Positions 35,401 to 48,709 of a stretch of DNA of 64,000 bases are shown one piece after another. Where the stretch lies: contig NC_092671.1 of the NCBI RefSeq assembly GCF_964355755.1, positions 25,122,070-25,186,069 of the forward strand. The letters are read 5' to 3'. The notes under the pieces were generated by a model, which saw nothing but the letters and a program-made list of their open reading frames with translations, had not been told where the DNA came from and ran no database searches. How positions within the stretch are numbered: position 1 is the stretch's first letter; each line of letters opens with the position of its first letter. The position numbers were made by a program, and so were the translations under genes. The DNA comes from Antedon mediterranea (Eukaryota > Animalia > Echinodermata).

Positions 35401-38400
35401 AATATTAAGAAAAGTATTGTCTACTATAGCCCACAACACATAGTTGTGATGTGAATAATAACTATATATATCTCTTTTCTTTTTCAGAAAAAGAAGCCCA
35501 AAAAGGATTCTCTATCTTCTAAAAAAAATAAACCTGATCCAAATGCCCCACCCAACACTAGAGTCCCGCTTCCTGAACTGTAAGTTTTTCTTCTTAATCA
35601 ATTCAATTTAGTCTTCATCTACATACATTTGGAATACTCAATAATTAATTTAGTTGTAATTTTTCTTGATAATTTTCTTATAGTAAAGATTCAGATAAGC
35701 TAGCAAGAGCAATCGCATTACGGGAATCGTTAAAGAGAATACGACTTGCGGCAGACTCCTTGCCTTCAATTTGTTTCTACTCATTCTTGAATGCGTATGA
35801 TGGGTAAGTGTTTTATTTACAGGTGGTAAATATTAACGACACTCCCTTAGATGTCATTGGGTTGTGTTTTTCTGTGCTTTACTCATTTATGTGTTAGATT
35901 TAGTAGAAGGAAAAGACATGCTGATTCTGTTTGCCTTCTAAACTAAATCTAATATGAGGCTTACAATAGGTAGTGGTTCACACATGCCCTGGTCTGCCTC
36001 TAGTTCAGGTTCGCATCAGCCAAGTAAAAAGAATAATAATGCTGTGGAAAAAATATTAGTTCCTTCCAATTGATTATATATTTTTGGCAATGACAATCAA
36101 TGAAATTTAGTATAAGTATAATATTTAATATGATTGAATTCAACTGGCTATCTGATCTAAGAATTGACAATCTATAATTAAATTTAGATTATTTTAAATT
36201 GAATGTCTGATAAATATGATTAAAAGTTACTGTATGTTGATTGACTGATACAATATAATTAAAATTTAGACTGATATCAACTGACATTTCTGATGATTCG
36301 AGTATGATGGCATGTGGTTTTTCTGACTCGTGTGTTAGAGTTTGGTCTGTGACGCCAAAGAAACTAAGAAACATGAAAGCAGCAAAACAACTAGATGCAA
36401 TTGATAAAGAAGCTGAAGATGTTCTAGAGCGCATTATGGATGAAAGGTAATGATAATATATTAGTGACTCAACTGTGTAGATATTCGAATAATGAATGTT
36501 TGTGAGTTGAATGGTCAGTTAAAAGAATGCCTGCTATATTTAAAGAGGTGTAGCCATGTATTCCTCCAGTCTTCTCCCTATTTAGAAATCAATTCTGGAA
36601 AAATAAGTGAGGTACCAAATTCTTAGGTGATATACAGTATCTTGATCTAAATACATTTATAAATATAATTGTTAATCTACATACAAACCCAATTGACAGA
36701 ATAATAGACTCTGATTGCTTATGTAATGATTAAGCTAAGCCTACCACCACTACACCAGTGTTTGTTTTAGGTATATTTCTTACCATTTTAAATACAATTT
36801 ATTCCGGTAAGTCCTGCTTGTAAAACCGCTTTTGAATTAACACCTAATATTACCCATCTATATATTTGTCTATGCGATTTCAAATAATGTTTTTTCCACT
36901 TTTTTAAACAGAACTGCTTCTGAATATAAAACGATGTTGGGTCACAGTGGCCCAGTGTACTCAACTTCCTTTAGCCCAGATAAAAGTTTTGTGTTATCAT
37001 CCTCAGAAGATGGTACAGGTAAGTTCTCATTAGATTTACCATCATTACAATACAGAAGAACCCTCCTTTGGGATATCCCATTAAGGAAACACCCCTATTA
37101 CCCTTAAGGGACAATTGTTTAGCAGGTGTTCTGCTGTATAAACATAGCTAGTGAACTTTAGAACACAAATAAACATTTTACTGTTTCTTCAAACACAAAA
37201 AGTCAAAACAAAAAGTCTAAATAAATGTATCTGAATATTGTACGTTGTTGTTGTGGTGCTCTGTAACTTGCAATTAAAATATCTATAATCAGGGCTGCAA
37301 ATTAACTTTTTTACTTGGTAGCACTATCAAATTTGTATGATGGCTCATAATAATTTTCGGTAGCACCACCAATTTTTTTAGTAGCACCTTTTCATCGACA
37401 ACTAACCCCCTTCCCTCAAACCCCATCCGCGCAGATCCGTTTTTAGTTTAGTGGGGGAGGGGGGGGGGGTTAGGGGTGTATAAAAATGAAATACAACTTT
37501 AGGCTGGTCAGGGGGCCGCCAATGGCCCCGCTTGGGGGGGGGGGGGGGCATTCTTTTTACGGTACAGAAAGAAATTACTGCTTTGTATATACGCGTAACC
37601 TTTCGTAGCCTACGCGTAAATAGATCGTAGGTCATTGTTCGCTAAACATATCCTGTAATTTCCAAAGTATTGTTCGTTGCCATGCCTACGATTTATTGTT
37701 TAAGATAATATCTACGCGTCGATCGTAGGGTGGTTCGTAGGGTTAGTAATTTGTAAAAACACCAATGTCATCGCCTTTAGGAGCATGAACAATGGAAACA
37801 AACATGTATTGTTGGCTAATTAAAATCCTAGACGTTAATTTTTGTAGCCACCCTACACATTGGTTGTCCTAATTTGGCAGGACATCCGCCGACGAGACGA
37901 CATCGGGCCCGAGGCCCTCAGCTCGCGCAGAGAGAGTTTCGGCGGCCTACATGATTCAATCCTACCTTGGTTTAGCGAATTATAAAAACAACAACACCTT
38001 GACTAGGACACCAACAAAATATATGCAAAATAAATATATATTCCATGTTAAGATTTAACATAGGCCTTTGTAAATTATTATTACGACAAAAGACCCGACC
38101 AGAATTTGGAGGGGAAAACGTGCGAATCGTGGGAACAGTTTTAGAGCTGTATTACGTTTCATGTGACGCAAAATTCAGGTACTGTACACTGTTTTGTACC
38201 GACTAAAAAAAAACATGCGAGGTTTGCGGTGGTAAAACAGAGTATCGCGTTTCATGACATGTGACCAAAAAACTAGGTCTGTATTAATTATGGTCTTCTG
38301 TCGGCAGTCTTTTTGAGCGACCGATTGAACGTTCGGATACTATATTTAGAATGAATTGTTTACGATCTTTTTGTTTGCATGTTTCTGGATCGACTGGACG

Positions 38401-41400
38401 TTCGCAATATTATTTTTATTAGTTGGCATAGTTCATTGTGTTGGATTGTGTCTCTACGTTTACATTGTGGGAAATTTATATTCGCCGTTGAGAGTAAAAA
38501 AACACACACGAATGAAACATTTACGAATAAAAACTATTATATTATATATTTCTTAGTAATGTACAAATTGGTCCTCCTCCGCCAGTCAAAAATAACACAT
38601 TAAATAATAATTTTCACACCAATTGTTACTTACTAAGAACATCGTGGGGTTGTTTATTGAGGTTACTAACGAAGCCAAACAATGTAACCTACAAAGCCAA
38701 CAACGTAGTCTGTTTTATCTACGAAGCTACTTCGTAGGAAAAGTTGCGGTATTTTGGATATATAATTTTCGATAATCAGAATCTGGAATAAAGTATTAAA
38801 TCTACTGATAAACAATAGGCTACTGCTGTTTAATCTATATAATGAATAGATATTATTATATATATCATTAATTACATTATTTAGTAATCATGATATAACC
38901 ATTATACTGCCTAAAAAATACTGATGACTGCGCGGCTACAATCCTTTGTATCTACCGCGCCCGCCCTGGCTAACTTCTGTGTACGGCGGTACAATTGTTT
39001 TTATATTATTCCTTCTTTAAAACGGAGGTGATTTTCCACGAGGTTTGTGTCGTCCGCGCGTCACACTGTGCTGTGTGTTTGGTGTCCTTTTGTGTGATTG
39101 GGTAAGGCAGCATGCAATTAATGGACGAACTTCCAATCACAACGAGTGTAAAATGTTTAGGGGCTTTGTACGCTTGAATGAACCTGACTCCTTTGCGGCG
39201 GCGGCGGTGACTAGTGGAAACTCCTGAGCCTTCCGTAGTAGAGAGATTAAATTACAACACAGTGTTTGAAATAGGGAAAACACACCTGACTTCAATTTTA
39301 AACAACTCGCACAAGCAGACAATCTTGTAGCGACCTATTCTGTTTCTTTAGTCGCAAACAGAAAAATTAGGTCGCAAATGCGACCAAGTACCCCTTAATT
39401 TGCAGCCCTGATAATATAATATATTCTTATTGTGTTTTCAGTTCGTTTATGGAGTATGTATACCTATACAAACCTAGTGTGTTATAAAGGCCACAACTAT
39501 CCTGTGTGGGATTCCTGCTTTGGGTAAGTTCTATTGTTATATGTCAAACTAATGCCATCATTCCACCATCTTATTTATTGATCATGATTGTTGATCATTA
39601 GATTTATTTTTAAAAATTCGACACAATAATCGTTACAGCCCAGGATGTGTCAAGAGTTTAATAAGGACAAAGCCCAACAAAACCCGGATTTAATACAGAT
39701 ACAATTGAATAAGATTATAAAGTATATTTCAATTTAAAAAGCTAAATGCATGAGACACATTTTTACAGATCTATCAACCAATTAACAAAATGACATTCTC
39801 ATCTCTATCAATTTTTAAAATAATGATAGTCTCTTTTTTTTCTGTTTTCCCCTTTAGGTTAAAGTTTTCTAGTAGATTCCTTTCCCATCACACACCATGC
39901 GTTAACATCTGCGTTATTGCTGTGCTCCCCAGTTTGTGAAACGGGTATCATCCATTAACTTATCTTTTCTATATTAAATTTCAGTCCATATGGTCATTAT
40001 TTTGCATCGGCTGGAGCTGACCGAATGGCAAGGCTTTGGGCTACTGAGTACCACCAACCTTTAAGGCTGTTTGCTGGTCATTTTTCAGATGTAGATGTAA
40101 GTTCTTTAAACTTCCCTACATGCATTTTTAATAGTAAATTTTGATGGAAAGTGGAGTGAATGTTTAGTATTTTAGTATTTTTTTTATAAACTATATATTC
40201 AAATTTTTTTTCAGAGTGTATGTTTTCATCCAAATTCAAATTATGTAGTCACAGGGTCAAGTGACAGAACAATACGATTATGGGATGTCACAGATGGCAA
40301 GTGTGTGCGAATTCTTACTGGGCATAAGGTAGTTATTATTCTAAGTTATGTTTTCACCCTAGGCAAAATGATAATTTTTTACCATCAGATCTGGATGCTT
40401 ATAAACCTATATTAGTTTTATTGAAGAAAACCAGAGAAAAAAATGAATAGATGTCTTTTGTTTGTGAATATTACACTGAATGTTTTTCATTAGTAGGGCA
40501 GTCCTCTCACTAATGACACTATTTAACTAAAGTTGCCCTTCAATACAAAAGTCTTGGAAATAAAATTGTTGACATAATATAAATCATAAACTCGCCACTT
40601 TTTTTTATAAAGTTGCGATTGAGTTCTCATATTTAATATTTCTTTATGTAATGAGACATTTGCTGTGGTACAACTGTGGCAGCTTGATTATTTATTTTAT
40701 TTTTGTAGTTTATAAATCAAATAGGAATTTAATGAAACAATTGACAATGCTGGTTGGTATCAGTGACTGGATCTTAGTGATGCAAATTAAGAAAAAGTTA
40801 AATCAAACTTATAAAGTAAAGCAGCCAGAAAGAAATTGCAGAGCTGGCGAGTAGTAGTAACGCTTCCTCAGTGCGAGTTTGTAAATAATTTATTTTCTTG
40901 TCATTATTTTACAGGGATCAATTTTAAGTTTAGCTTTCTCACCAGATGGTCATTACCTAGCTTCTGCTGGGACTGACAATAAGGTATTACTATGGGAGAT
41001 GAGACATGGTTATTTATTAGGGGAACTTAAGGGGCACACTGATTCAGTTTATACAGTTTCATTCAGCAGAGATGGCAACATACTGGCATCAGGTAAGCCC
41101 CATATGTTGTTATTATTTAGTTCTTTATTTGTTTATGATGTTCAATGTACCTTAACATACCACCACAATTTCCATGTTGCATTTTTGTTGTGAATATTGT
41201 ACAACAGTATATAATAAGTAGTAAAGTAAGTTTTGTGGTACACCATGAAAAAGAAGTTGATAATATCTCAGCATTTCAGTTGCTGCAATATGTTTCTATG
41301 ACACAGAGTGGTTTTATTATTCCAAATATTTGAATTTTATGTCTACAAAAGTTCCATAGACTTAATTAAACTTAAATCCACAGATGATTTTATCATATAC

Positions 41401-43782
41401 CTTGAATTTACCTTGAATTTACCTTGAACTTCGGACAATGAGAACTAGCTCATTTGTCCCTCCATCGTCATAACTGCAAACTCTTCATTAACGTACGGGC
41501 GAAAATTGATGTGGTGGTCAGACCAATATTTAGAAATGCCCGATTTGAACTCATTGACCGATTGTTCCTCTACTACATGACTGGGTAATGAGTTCCAATC
41601 ATCTACCACTCTTACTGAATATGCACTCTTTCTAACGTTTAATTTTATCTTGGGTTTAGAGACTTTGAAACTGTATCCTCTAGTTTGTTTATAATTAGAT
41701 TTTGCAAAGAGCTTCTCATCATTTATTTTCTCATACTTATTAAATATTTTAAATGTTTGTAATACATCAGCCCTTTTCTTTCTAAATACTAATGTAGGTA
41801 GGTCCAAAGCCTTCAACCTCTCTTCGTATGGTCTGTGTCTTAATTCGGACACCAGCCTTGTTGATCTCTGTTGAACTTTCTCCAGTCTGTCTTTATCTTT
41901 TTGATATAGTGGGATCCATGAGCTACCTCCATATTCCATCTTGGGTCTAACCATAGCTTTATACAGATACATGTAACAGGGCTATCAAGATATTTGAAGG
42001 ACCTACATATCATCCCCAGCATCATATTTGCAGATCTAGCAACTTTTGTAGTATGAGCCGAAAAATTCAATTTATGATCTATTAAAATCCCCAGATCGGT
42101 TTCTTGTGTTACACTCTCAATGATCACTTTGGAAAGACCTTCTCCAATAAAATACTGAGACATACCATTTCTATATCCAAAATGGATTACTTTGTATTTT
42201 GTTAAATTAAATGGCAACTGCCAGTCTGTAGACCATCTATACATTGCATCCACATCACATTGAAGCAAGGCACTATCAGAATCAGATTGGATAACTCTAA
42301 ACAATTTTGTATCGTCGGCAAAAAGCTTGACTTCAGAATGAGAAATAACATCTGGAAGGTCATTTATAAATATAACAAATAATAATGGTCCCAGGACACT
42401 GCCTTGGGGCACTCCACTAATTACATCACGCCATTCAGACTTTTTCCCATTGACAACCACCCTCTGTTTACGATCACTCAAAAAAGCTTTGATCCATCCT
42501 AATAAATTTCCAGAAACTCCATAAGACTTTAATTTTAACAGCAATCTTCCATGCGGAACTTTATCGTTTTGCTCTGTTTTGGCACACGTTATATATTGTC
42601 TTGCCTTTGTTTTTAGTATTCTTATGTTTATACTGTATATTATTTTCTTAAATATTTTATTTGAATTGACAGAGAACCCCTTAATATAATTTATATAATA
42701 ATGACCTCTTTAAAGATGGTCAATACAATAAATATGGTCATCACTAGACAATATACTGGAAGAATAGGAACTATAGCCAAATCAGGCTTGTTTGTTCACA
42801 CATTCACTAGATTGTTTATGTTTACAAAATGTATTGTTTTTACAGGTGGTGCTGATTACAGTGTGAAATTGTGGGATGCACAGAAAGTATTCAAAGATTC
42901 TTCATTCGATGATCTAGCTGGAGCACAACCATCAGTTATGTAAGTTTTGTCTGAATAAATACAGATACTACACACTAACCAGGGTGGATCTCCCAAATCT
43001 TGATTTACTGTCTCCCCCTCCGGAGAATGTCTCCTAGAAATAACTATATTAAGGAATTTTTAAAACAAATAATTTAGATTGGGTCTTTACAGTTCACTAC
43101 AATTTGTATTGCCTACTGTACAGTAGGGTACACACATTAAGCCGGTTTTCTCATTGATAAGAAAACATGCTTACTAAACCTAACTTTTCTTACATTTTTG
43201 TTGCGGTTTAAAATAAAAAGGATTACTGTTCACCAGTACCATAGTAACCTCTTGTTGTCATGCCTCATTTAACTACATACAGTAATAGTAAGCCACTAGT
43301 CTATTAGTAACCCATTGTACAGTCAATTTTTAATATTAGGGAGCTTTCGCACGACCAATATGCAACATGCAAGCTCCACTCACTTTGTAAACAAATAGTA
43401 TTATATGTATTACAAAAAACTTTAGTTATGTGCATCGAGTACCTTGTTTTGTCAAGGACGTTAATGCAACTGATTGGTGAAATTAGGCTGTTATGCAAAT
43501 GAGTAGCTAATGATGATGTCATCCGTAAAAGTTTATGTGCTCCTGCGTAAGCTCCTTATTAACCCACTGTGTGTTTTTTGTTGCCAATTATATGTATACT
43601 TTCTATATTGTATGTTGATTGTATATTATGTGATGCCATATTATAATATTTTATTCTATAGATCTGGCACAGATGAGTTACTACTTGGTTCTTACCCCAC
43701 CAAGACAACAAGTGTTCATCATGTCCACTTCACTAGACGAAATCTACTATTGGCTGCTGGCCCATATACAGCAACAAGCTGA
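23441..43782 (+). CDS. TAF5: TFIID subunit 5 (LisH, NTD2, WD40), 18 coding exons
   Basis: Exons 23441-23566, 27435-27544, 28714-28792, 30256-30334, 31500-31623, 32158-32276, 33137-33214, 33584-33684, 35488-35579, 35684-35803, 36270-36446, 36912-37018, 39442-39523, 39985-40096, 40215-40328, 40915-41092, 42846-42939, 43662-43782. Motifs include LAAVLQFL, LYPVFVHMYLELV, PDPNAPPNTRVPLPELKDSDK, LPSICFY, GHSGPVY, YKGHNYPVWD, FHPNSNYVVTGSSDRTIRLWD and HFTRRNLLLAAG. Confidence 0.97.
23767..24354. mobile_element. MITE with 23-bp TIRs and many internal GACGATCGGG repeats
   Basis: GGGGAACAGACGATCGGGACCAC...GTGGTCCCGATCGTCTGTTCCCC; no clear TSD. Confidence 0.7.
24667..25280. mobile_element. Kolobok-like MITE, copy 2
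   Basis: TTAA-AG...CT-TTAA; the empty site AGAACTTAAGTTAT is preserved in the neighbouring duplicate at about 25417-25430. Confidence 0.88.
25809..26313. mobile_element. Harbinger/ISL2EU-like MITE inserted in the Penelope ORF
   Basis: About 50-bp TIR AGAGAGGTTTCGCAA..GATACGTCAC with 3-bp TSD AAT; removing it restores the Penelope reading frame. Confidence 0.82.
27620..28660 (+). mobile_element. 3' fragment of an RTE-like LINE, split by a Kolobok-like MITE
   Basis: FSNRDV|KNIVGATPLKDYIHVHYLKYIAHICREPNNSLTKQMLF is continuous across the TTAA insertion site; (ACTGT)n tail. Confidence 0.55.
27719..28344. mobile_element. Kolobok-like MITE, copy 3
   Basis: TTAA-AGCCCCATTCCCTAC...GCAGGGAAGGGGTCT-TTAA. 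Confidence 0.88.
28959..29798. mobile_element. piggyBac-like MITE
   Basis: TTAA-CACTTTGACTGCCA...TGGCAGTC(acatgt)AAAGTG-TTAA. Confidence 0.72.
29904..30097. mobile_element. Small Harbinger-like MITE
   Basis: GGCCAACTCAGA...TCTGAGTTAGCC inverted termini flanked by TTA. Confidence 0.55.
30610..30850. repeat. 18-bp tandem repeat, about 13 copies
   Basis: (TTTTCAATCCTTTGATTA)n in a TAF5 intron. Confidence 0.93.
32783..33118. repeat. 22-bp tandem repeat, about 15 copies
   Basis: (CATGACAGTTCAAATGTGTTCA)n ending just before a TAF5 acceptor. Confidence 0.93.
34059..35106. repeat. 43-bp minisatellite, about 24 copies
   Basis: (CAAAATGTACCCGTATCACACTTGTATCATTGCGGTGGAAGTA)n. Confidence 0.96.
37290..39410. 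mobile_element. hAT-like (5-bp TSD) non-autonomous element
   Basis: 16-bp TIR CAGGGCTGCAAATTAA/TTAATTTGCAGCCCTG, TSD ATAAT, subterminal GTAGCAC/GTCGCA repeats. Confidence 0.85.
41399..42566 (-). mobile_element. 5'-truncated CR1-like LINE (reverse transcriptase), frameshifted near 41970
   Basis: SGVPQGSVLGPLLFVIFINDL..KLFADDTKLF and LYKAMVRPKMEY..YEERLKALDL..WNSLP; 3' tail of (TAAATTCAAGG) repeats. Confidence 0.92.
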
Positions 43783-44141
43783 AGTGACAGCCTGTTGTGA
43801 TGATGCATTATTCCTAAGACGAAATCTACTATTGGCTGCTGGCCCATATACAGCAACAAGCTGAAGTGACAGCCTGTTGTGATGATGCATTATTCCTAAG
43901 ACGAAATCTACTATTGGCTGCTGGCCCATATACAGCAACAAGCTGAAGTGACAGCCTGTTGTGATGATGCATTATTCCTAAGACGAAATCTACTATTGGC
44001 TGCTGGCCCATATACAGCAACAAGCTGAAGTGACAGCCTGTTGTGATGATGCATTATTCCTAAGACGAAATCTACTATTGGCTGCTGGCCCATATACAGC
44101 AACAAGCTGAAGTGATAGCCTGTTGTGATGCATTATTCCTA
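43735..44141 (+). repeat. 82-bp tandem repeat (5 units) containing the last 15 codons, the stop codon and the start of the 3' UTR of TAF5
   Basis: Units start at 43735, 43817, 43899, 43981 and 44063. Confidence 0.95.
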
Positions 44142-46467
44142 AGTACAGTATGTACGCTAGATTCAAAATATTACAGGCACTTTTTTATGACCTGTCTGTC
44201 TGTAGGTAGGCAAATATGTTGGCTCGACTGTAACATTTTATTTTTATTGACAAAATATATTTATATTGAACGTGAAATACAGTAGATGGATTCCACAGAG
44301 TTTTTAACCATCTATTTTAGCTCTTTTGGCGCTCCATAGAAACAAAAACACATTCTGGCACTTTAACCTTGAGTATGTGAAACAGTGTGATAAAAAGGTT
44401 CAAGCAATGTTAAGGATTTATATTACTTTTTATATGATTGTCTGTTTTAGGCCTAATTCTATGGTGTGCTATCCATGATAAAGTTAGTTAACACAAAATT
44501 ACGCTATCTATTGATTGCCAATTTGAATTGCAAGATGGTTGTAGTGTTTCCCAAAGGGCATAATAACGTATTGCGTTTAACTCTTATGTTATATATTATA
44601 TTTTTAACATTTATATCATCTCCATAATTTTGAAGTTAAATGCATTAGTTAGTTATTATGGATAAAGAATTATTATTTCTATAATGTTGAACAATCTATT
44701 ATGTAAACGATGGTTTATGAAAAAGAAACAAACCATGAACGCAGCAGTTATATTTACAAGATACTAATATTCATGTCGGAACATGAGAGATTTTTTTTAA
44801 TGAAATTTCCTGCAGAAGATAATGCATTATTGTATTCCTTAAATTTAAATTTAAATACATTAGTAATTAAAGAATGAGAATTATTTCAATGGTTCTTAAA
44901 AGTTCATATGGGTCTAAAAACGTATTGTAATCGGTATACAATGTAAATCATTGTATAATATTAATTATAATAATGTTGTTGTTTTTAACAATAATTGTAT
45001 TGTTATTGGAATGGTAACCATCTGGTAACAGTACACTCAAGGAAGTAAAGAACTTCTTGAGCTACATCTTTAATATCAATATTAAAAGTTCATTACGTCA
45101 GTTTATTTCCTTATAAATTGTTCAGTTTCATTATTGAATATTATTGATTAAAGCATAGGTAGATACAAGGAGGACCCACCTCGGGCCCCTTATTTCTCAT
45201 CCTAGTTTGTGGTACACCATCATCCTTAAAAGAGAAGTAAGCTGAGAATATCTCGAATACCATCCAAAACATTGATACATTCTTCCTTTTAAGAAATTAG
45301 GCTACATGGTGTATTGGAAACTATTTTTTTTACTAATATTTAAAATGAAACAGAAGAATATAATACTACATTGCAGAACAGTCCAAATACAGATGTGTAT
45401 CGCATCATCTAATTCATAAATAATAGACAATAATAATTCAGTTTATAAGGTGCACTATGCTAAAAGCAAATGAGCTTATCATTGAAAAGGAAAATGGCAG
45501 AGAAAAATATGGAGTTAAAAGGGTGAATTTTTAAACTTGCATTAAAATTATCAATTGAAGTTTTCTGTCAAATAGAGATAGGTAAACAATTCCAAGGGAA
45601 GAAATGGGCCCAAGGAAAAAATGAAAACCATAATGCATAGCGATGCTTTGTTGAAAGTATAAATTCTTAACCTTAAGTATGTTAAGAATTTTGCAACTTA
45701 AAGTATGTAGCGATATGTTCAGGCATTTTACATGTAACAAACTTCTACATTATTTGAATACAAAATGTAAATAAACATTGTAAAAATATTTATTATGTCC
45801 AACCAAGTTTACTGTGTAAATCATGCTGTTTACATATTATTCTATCGTAAGCCTATCGTAGACCAGCACAGACAATGATAAATAAAAATAACAAAATAAT
45901 CACCGAAAACTTAATTTAGCAAAAAAATGCCTACATAGGAGTAACATTTACTTATTGTTTCTTTGATAAGAATACAGTCTGTAAAATCAAAACACTGCAA
46001 TTCATTTCAATGTGAAAACAAAATACTAATATTTAATATCTGATAAATGTTGTTGTTGGGATTAACAGTACAGTATATACATTTCGGTACCAACGTTAAA
46101 CCATAAGTAATAATTAATTATTACTCTATGGTTAAAGTAAAACAATATAAATATAAACAGTTCTATTATACAGTTAAATATTACTACTCTTACTATACCA
46201 TTTATTGCGCCATCAAATTTGCTCGATTTACAAAAAAACCGCATGTCAAGGTTTGAAAATCTGTAAAGAAATATGATAAAATGTGTCCCAAATAACCTGG
46301 AGCCTACTTCAACGAAGGACTTGCAACTGGATGATAACACTGGTGGCTTGAACCCAACATCTTAATTATTGTCTAAGTATCATGGAAAATTTCAAAATGC
46401 AATGTGACGATGTTTTTTACCCGAAGTTGTATATGTAACGGAAAATATTAATTCTGAAAAACGACAC

Positions 46468-48709
46468 TTAAAAGATACAGTACAGGTGATTGGATTCAGG
46501 TGACAATTCTTCATCATAAAATAATTCTTCATCTTCACCGTCACTCGAATAATACCCATTTCTTGATGATATTGGCATGTCCATAGAGGAACTTTGCGTT
46601 GTCATAGAAGTTCTGGAAAAAGACCTTTTTGAAACTGGGCTTGGTATTTTTGCAAAGTCAATCCGTGGCTTGTGTTCGTTCGACAGTTTAGTTGTGCTCC
46701 CTCCATTAAGTAACCCGTAAACGCGTTCAAGTTCATTTGTGAGTTTCATAATGACACAAAGGTCTTTACAGTGTTGCGCTTGTAACTGTTGTTCAAAGTA
46801 TGTAATTTCCTCCTGCAGTTTATCCTCGTAGTATTGAACAACTTTCTTTTTCATACGCACCATTTTGGACTTGAGCACCTTAGTGTCAACTGTGTCCTTT
46901 TCCTAAAAATAAACAAATGACATGACACTATCGGAAGGTTAGTTCAGAAGAATTTTTTGGCAGTTCACCAGATTCTCAGTGCTGTATCTAAACTTCTCCA
47001 GTATTATAAGATTATTTGGTTATATAACATCACATGTGTTTCACATGTATCTCATATACTACCATAAACCTATCCTTACATGATGCAGGAGAACCACCTG
47101 ATAGGCCGTATTACCACATATATGTCAAGAAATACAACACAGAGAATCGTGTGGTAGTACACGATGAACAGATTCGACAGGTTTGTTGTTATTTTTACGT
47201 TGTCTGTTTAAAATTGAATTGAAAGTATTGATATCTAATGCTGTACCTTCTTTGAGCGATTTTTTAACACTTCCATACAACCAGTATGACGCTGCTCGAT
47301 AGCGTATTCTATCGGTGTTTTACCAACCTATAATTAAAAAACATATATAGATCATACTTACTTAATACAAGAAAGAATTTGCCGCTGTTTTAGGGAATAA
47401 TACATTTTAAAGGTGAAAATGCATTCAACTCAACAACAACTAATTAGACTATACAAAATGGTGGAAAATGTTGTCGCTCTCAAATACTACTCTTTGAGTA
47501 GAGGGTTCATATTTAGACGTTTGCTCTGGTAATAAAAGACGATGGAATTCTGCTTGTTCGGTTAGTACTGTAAGTGGCTTCAGGTGAATGATGGAAATAT
47601 ACTTCATTAGAGGTGACCCTTGCTAGAAGATGGTGAAGATGACGAAGGCAAAGGCGACGACGATGAGGATACACGTTATGATAGGGCTAAAAAAAAAACA
47701 ATTGACAATTACCTGACTCTTAGCGTCCGGATCACAACCAAGTTTTATTAAAAGTTTGACAGCCTCTTCTTGTCTAGTCCACGATGCTATATGTAGAGCA
47801 TTGACACCAATTGGCTTAAAAGTAGATAAAGGTGTTCAGAGTATGGTAAAATTCGGTAGAATTCTCTCAAGAAATCTCTCAAGAATATTACTATTAGACC
47901 TACTTACATATTGAAAGTTGCTTTTGAATATACCTTTGGAACCCCTTATGAATAATCTTTATTCCGTTTTTCAATTCTATTATTGTTAACATGCCTAGAC
48001 ACTGCAGTGCTAGTGACATGTTTGTCATTAATGGCGTCCCGTCTTTTGGGGAGTATCTAAGAAAATCTTTCTTTTCACTGTTACAGAGAATGTCTGTTAG
48101 CAAAAATGAAATGATAGAATGTATTATGGTATCATCATTTGAATCATCCAGGCTCCAGTACAAAATGATGGAGATCCTGAGATGATCTGATACCGTCTTT
48201 TGTGTCTGCCTTTTTATTTTAACTTATTTATGCAATAGATTTTTTAACTATGGACGTCCGTTTCCGAAATAAAGGTGAAATGAATGATTGAATGAATGCG
48301 CTTATGTAAAATAAATAATCATTAAAATCAGCTGAATCGACCAATAGTTTAATTTCTCTCACAAAAATGCTTACCCAATGATTACAATTCAATAAAAATA
48401 TGAATTATTAGGAATTGATTTCTCTGTTTTTATTCTGCATGTATAGGCTAAGGTGTACATAATAACTAATGCTGAAAAATGTATTGTCAGAAATTATAAA
48501 TACAAGTGGTTGATTACTGCACAAGAGTCTCCTCATATTACTCAGTTCTTTCAGAAACATTTCAAATGAAAAAAAGAAAATGACTATGATGACTGCAGAT
48601 TGTAAAATACCTTTATAACTTCATTTCCATCACACCCTGCGCCCACAAGGATTCTTGTTGCATCCGCGTTTCCATTTCCAGCAGCGCACATTAAAGTAGT
48701 ATATCCTTG
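46468..48709 (-). CDS. Ankyrin-repeat plus coiled-coil protein, 3' exons (copy A); last exon shortened by a ~770-bp deletion; 5' end not resolved
   Basis: Exons 48709-48611 (99 nt, QGYTTLMCAAGNGNADATRILVGAGCDGNEVIK, one ankyrin repeat), 47327-47247 (VGKTPIEYAIEQRHTGCMEVLK..) and 46902-46468 (coiled coil YYEDKLQEEITYFEQQL, then Ser/acidic); all phase 0 with AG/GT. Confidence 0.72.
47990..48300 (+). mobile_element. Probable LINE 3' fragment
   Basis: GVPSFGEYLRKSFFSLLQRMSVSKNEMI resembles a non-LTR ORF2 C-terminus; AATAAA then a (TGAA)n tail. Confidence 0.4.

Noticed and set aside
43794-43864. Box C (GTGATGA) and box D (CTGA) in each 82-bp unit, resembling a tandem C/D snoRNA cluster
   Set aside because: The CTGA is the TAF5 stop codon context and the pairing only arises through the duplication; exonic location, weak terminal stem, no guide target recognised.
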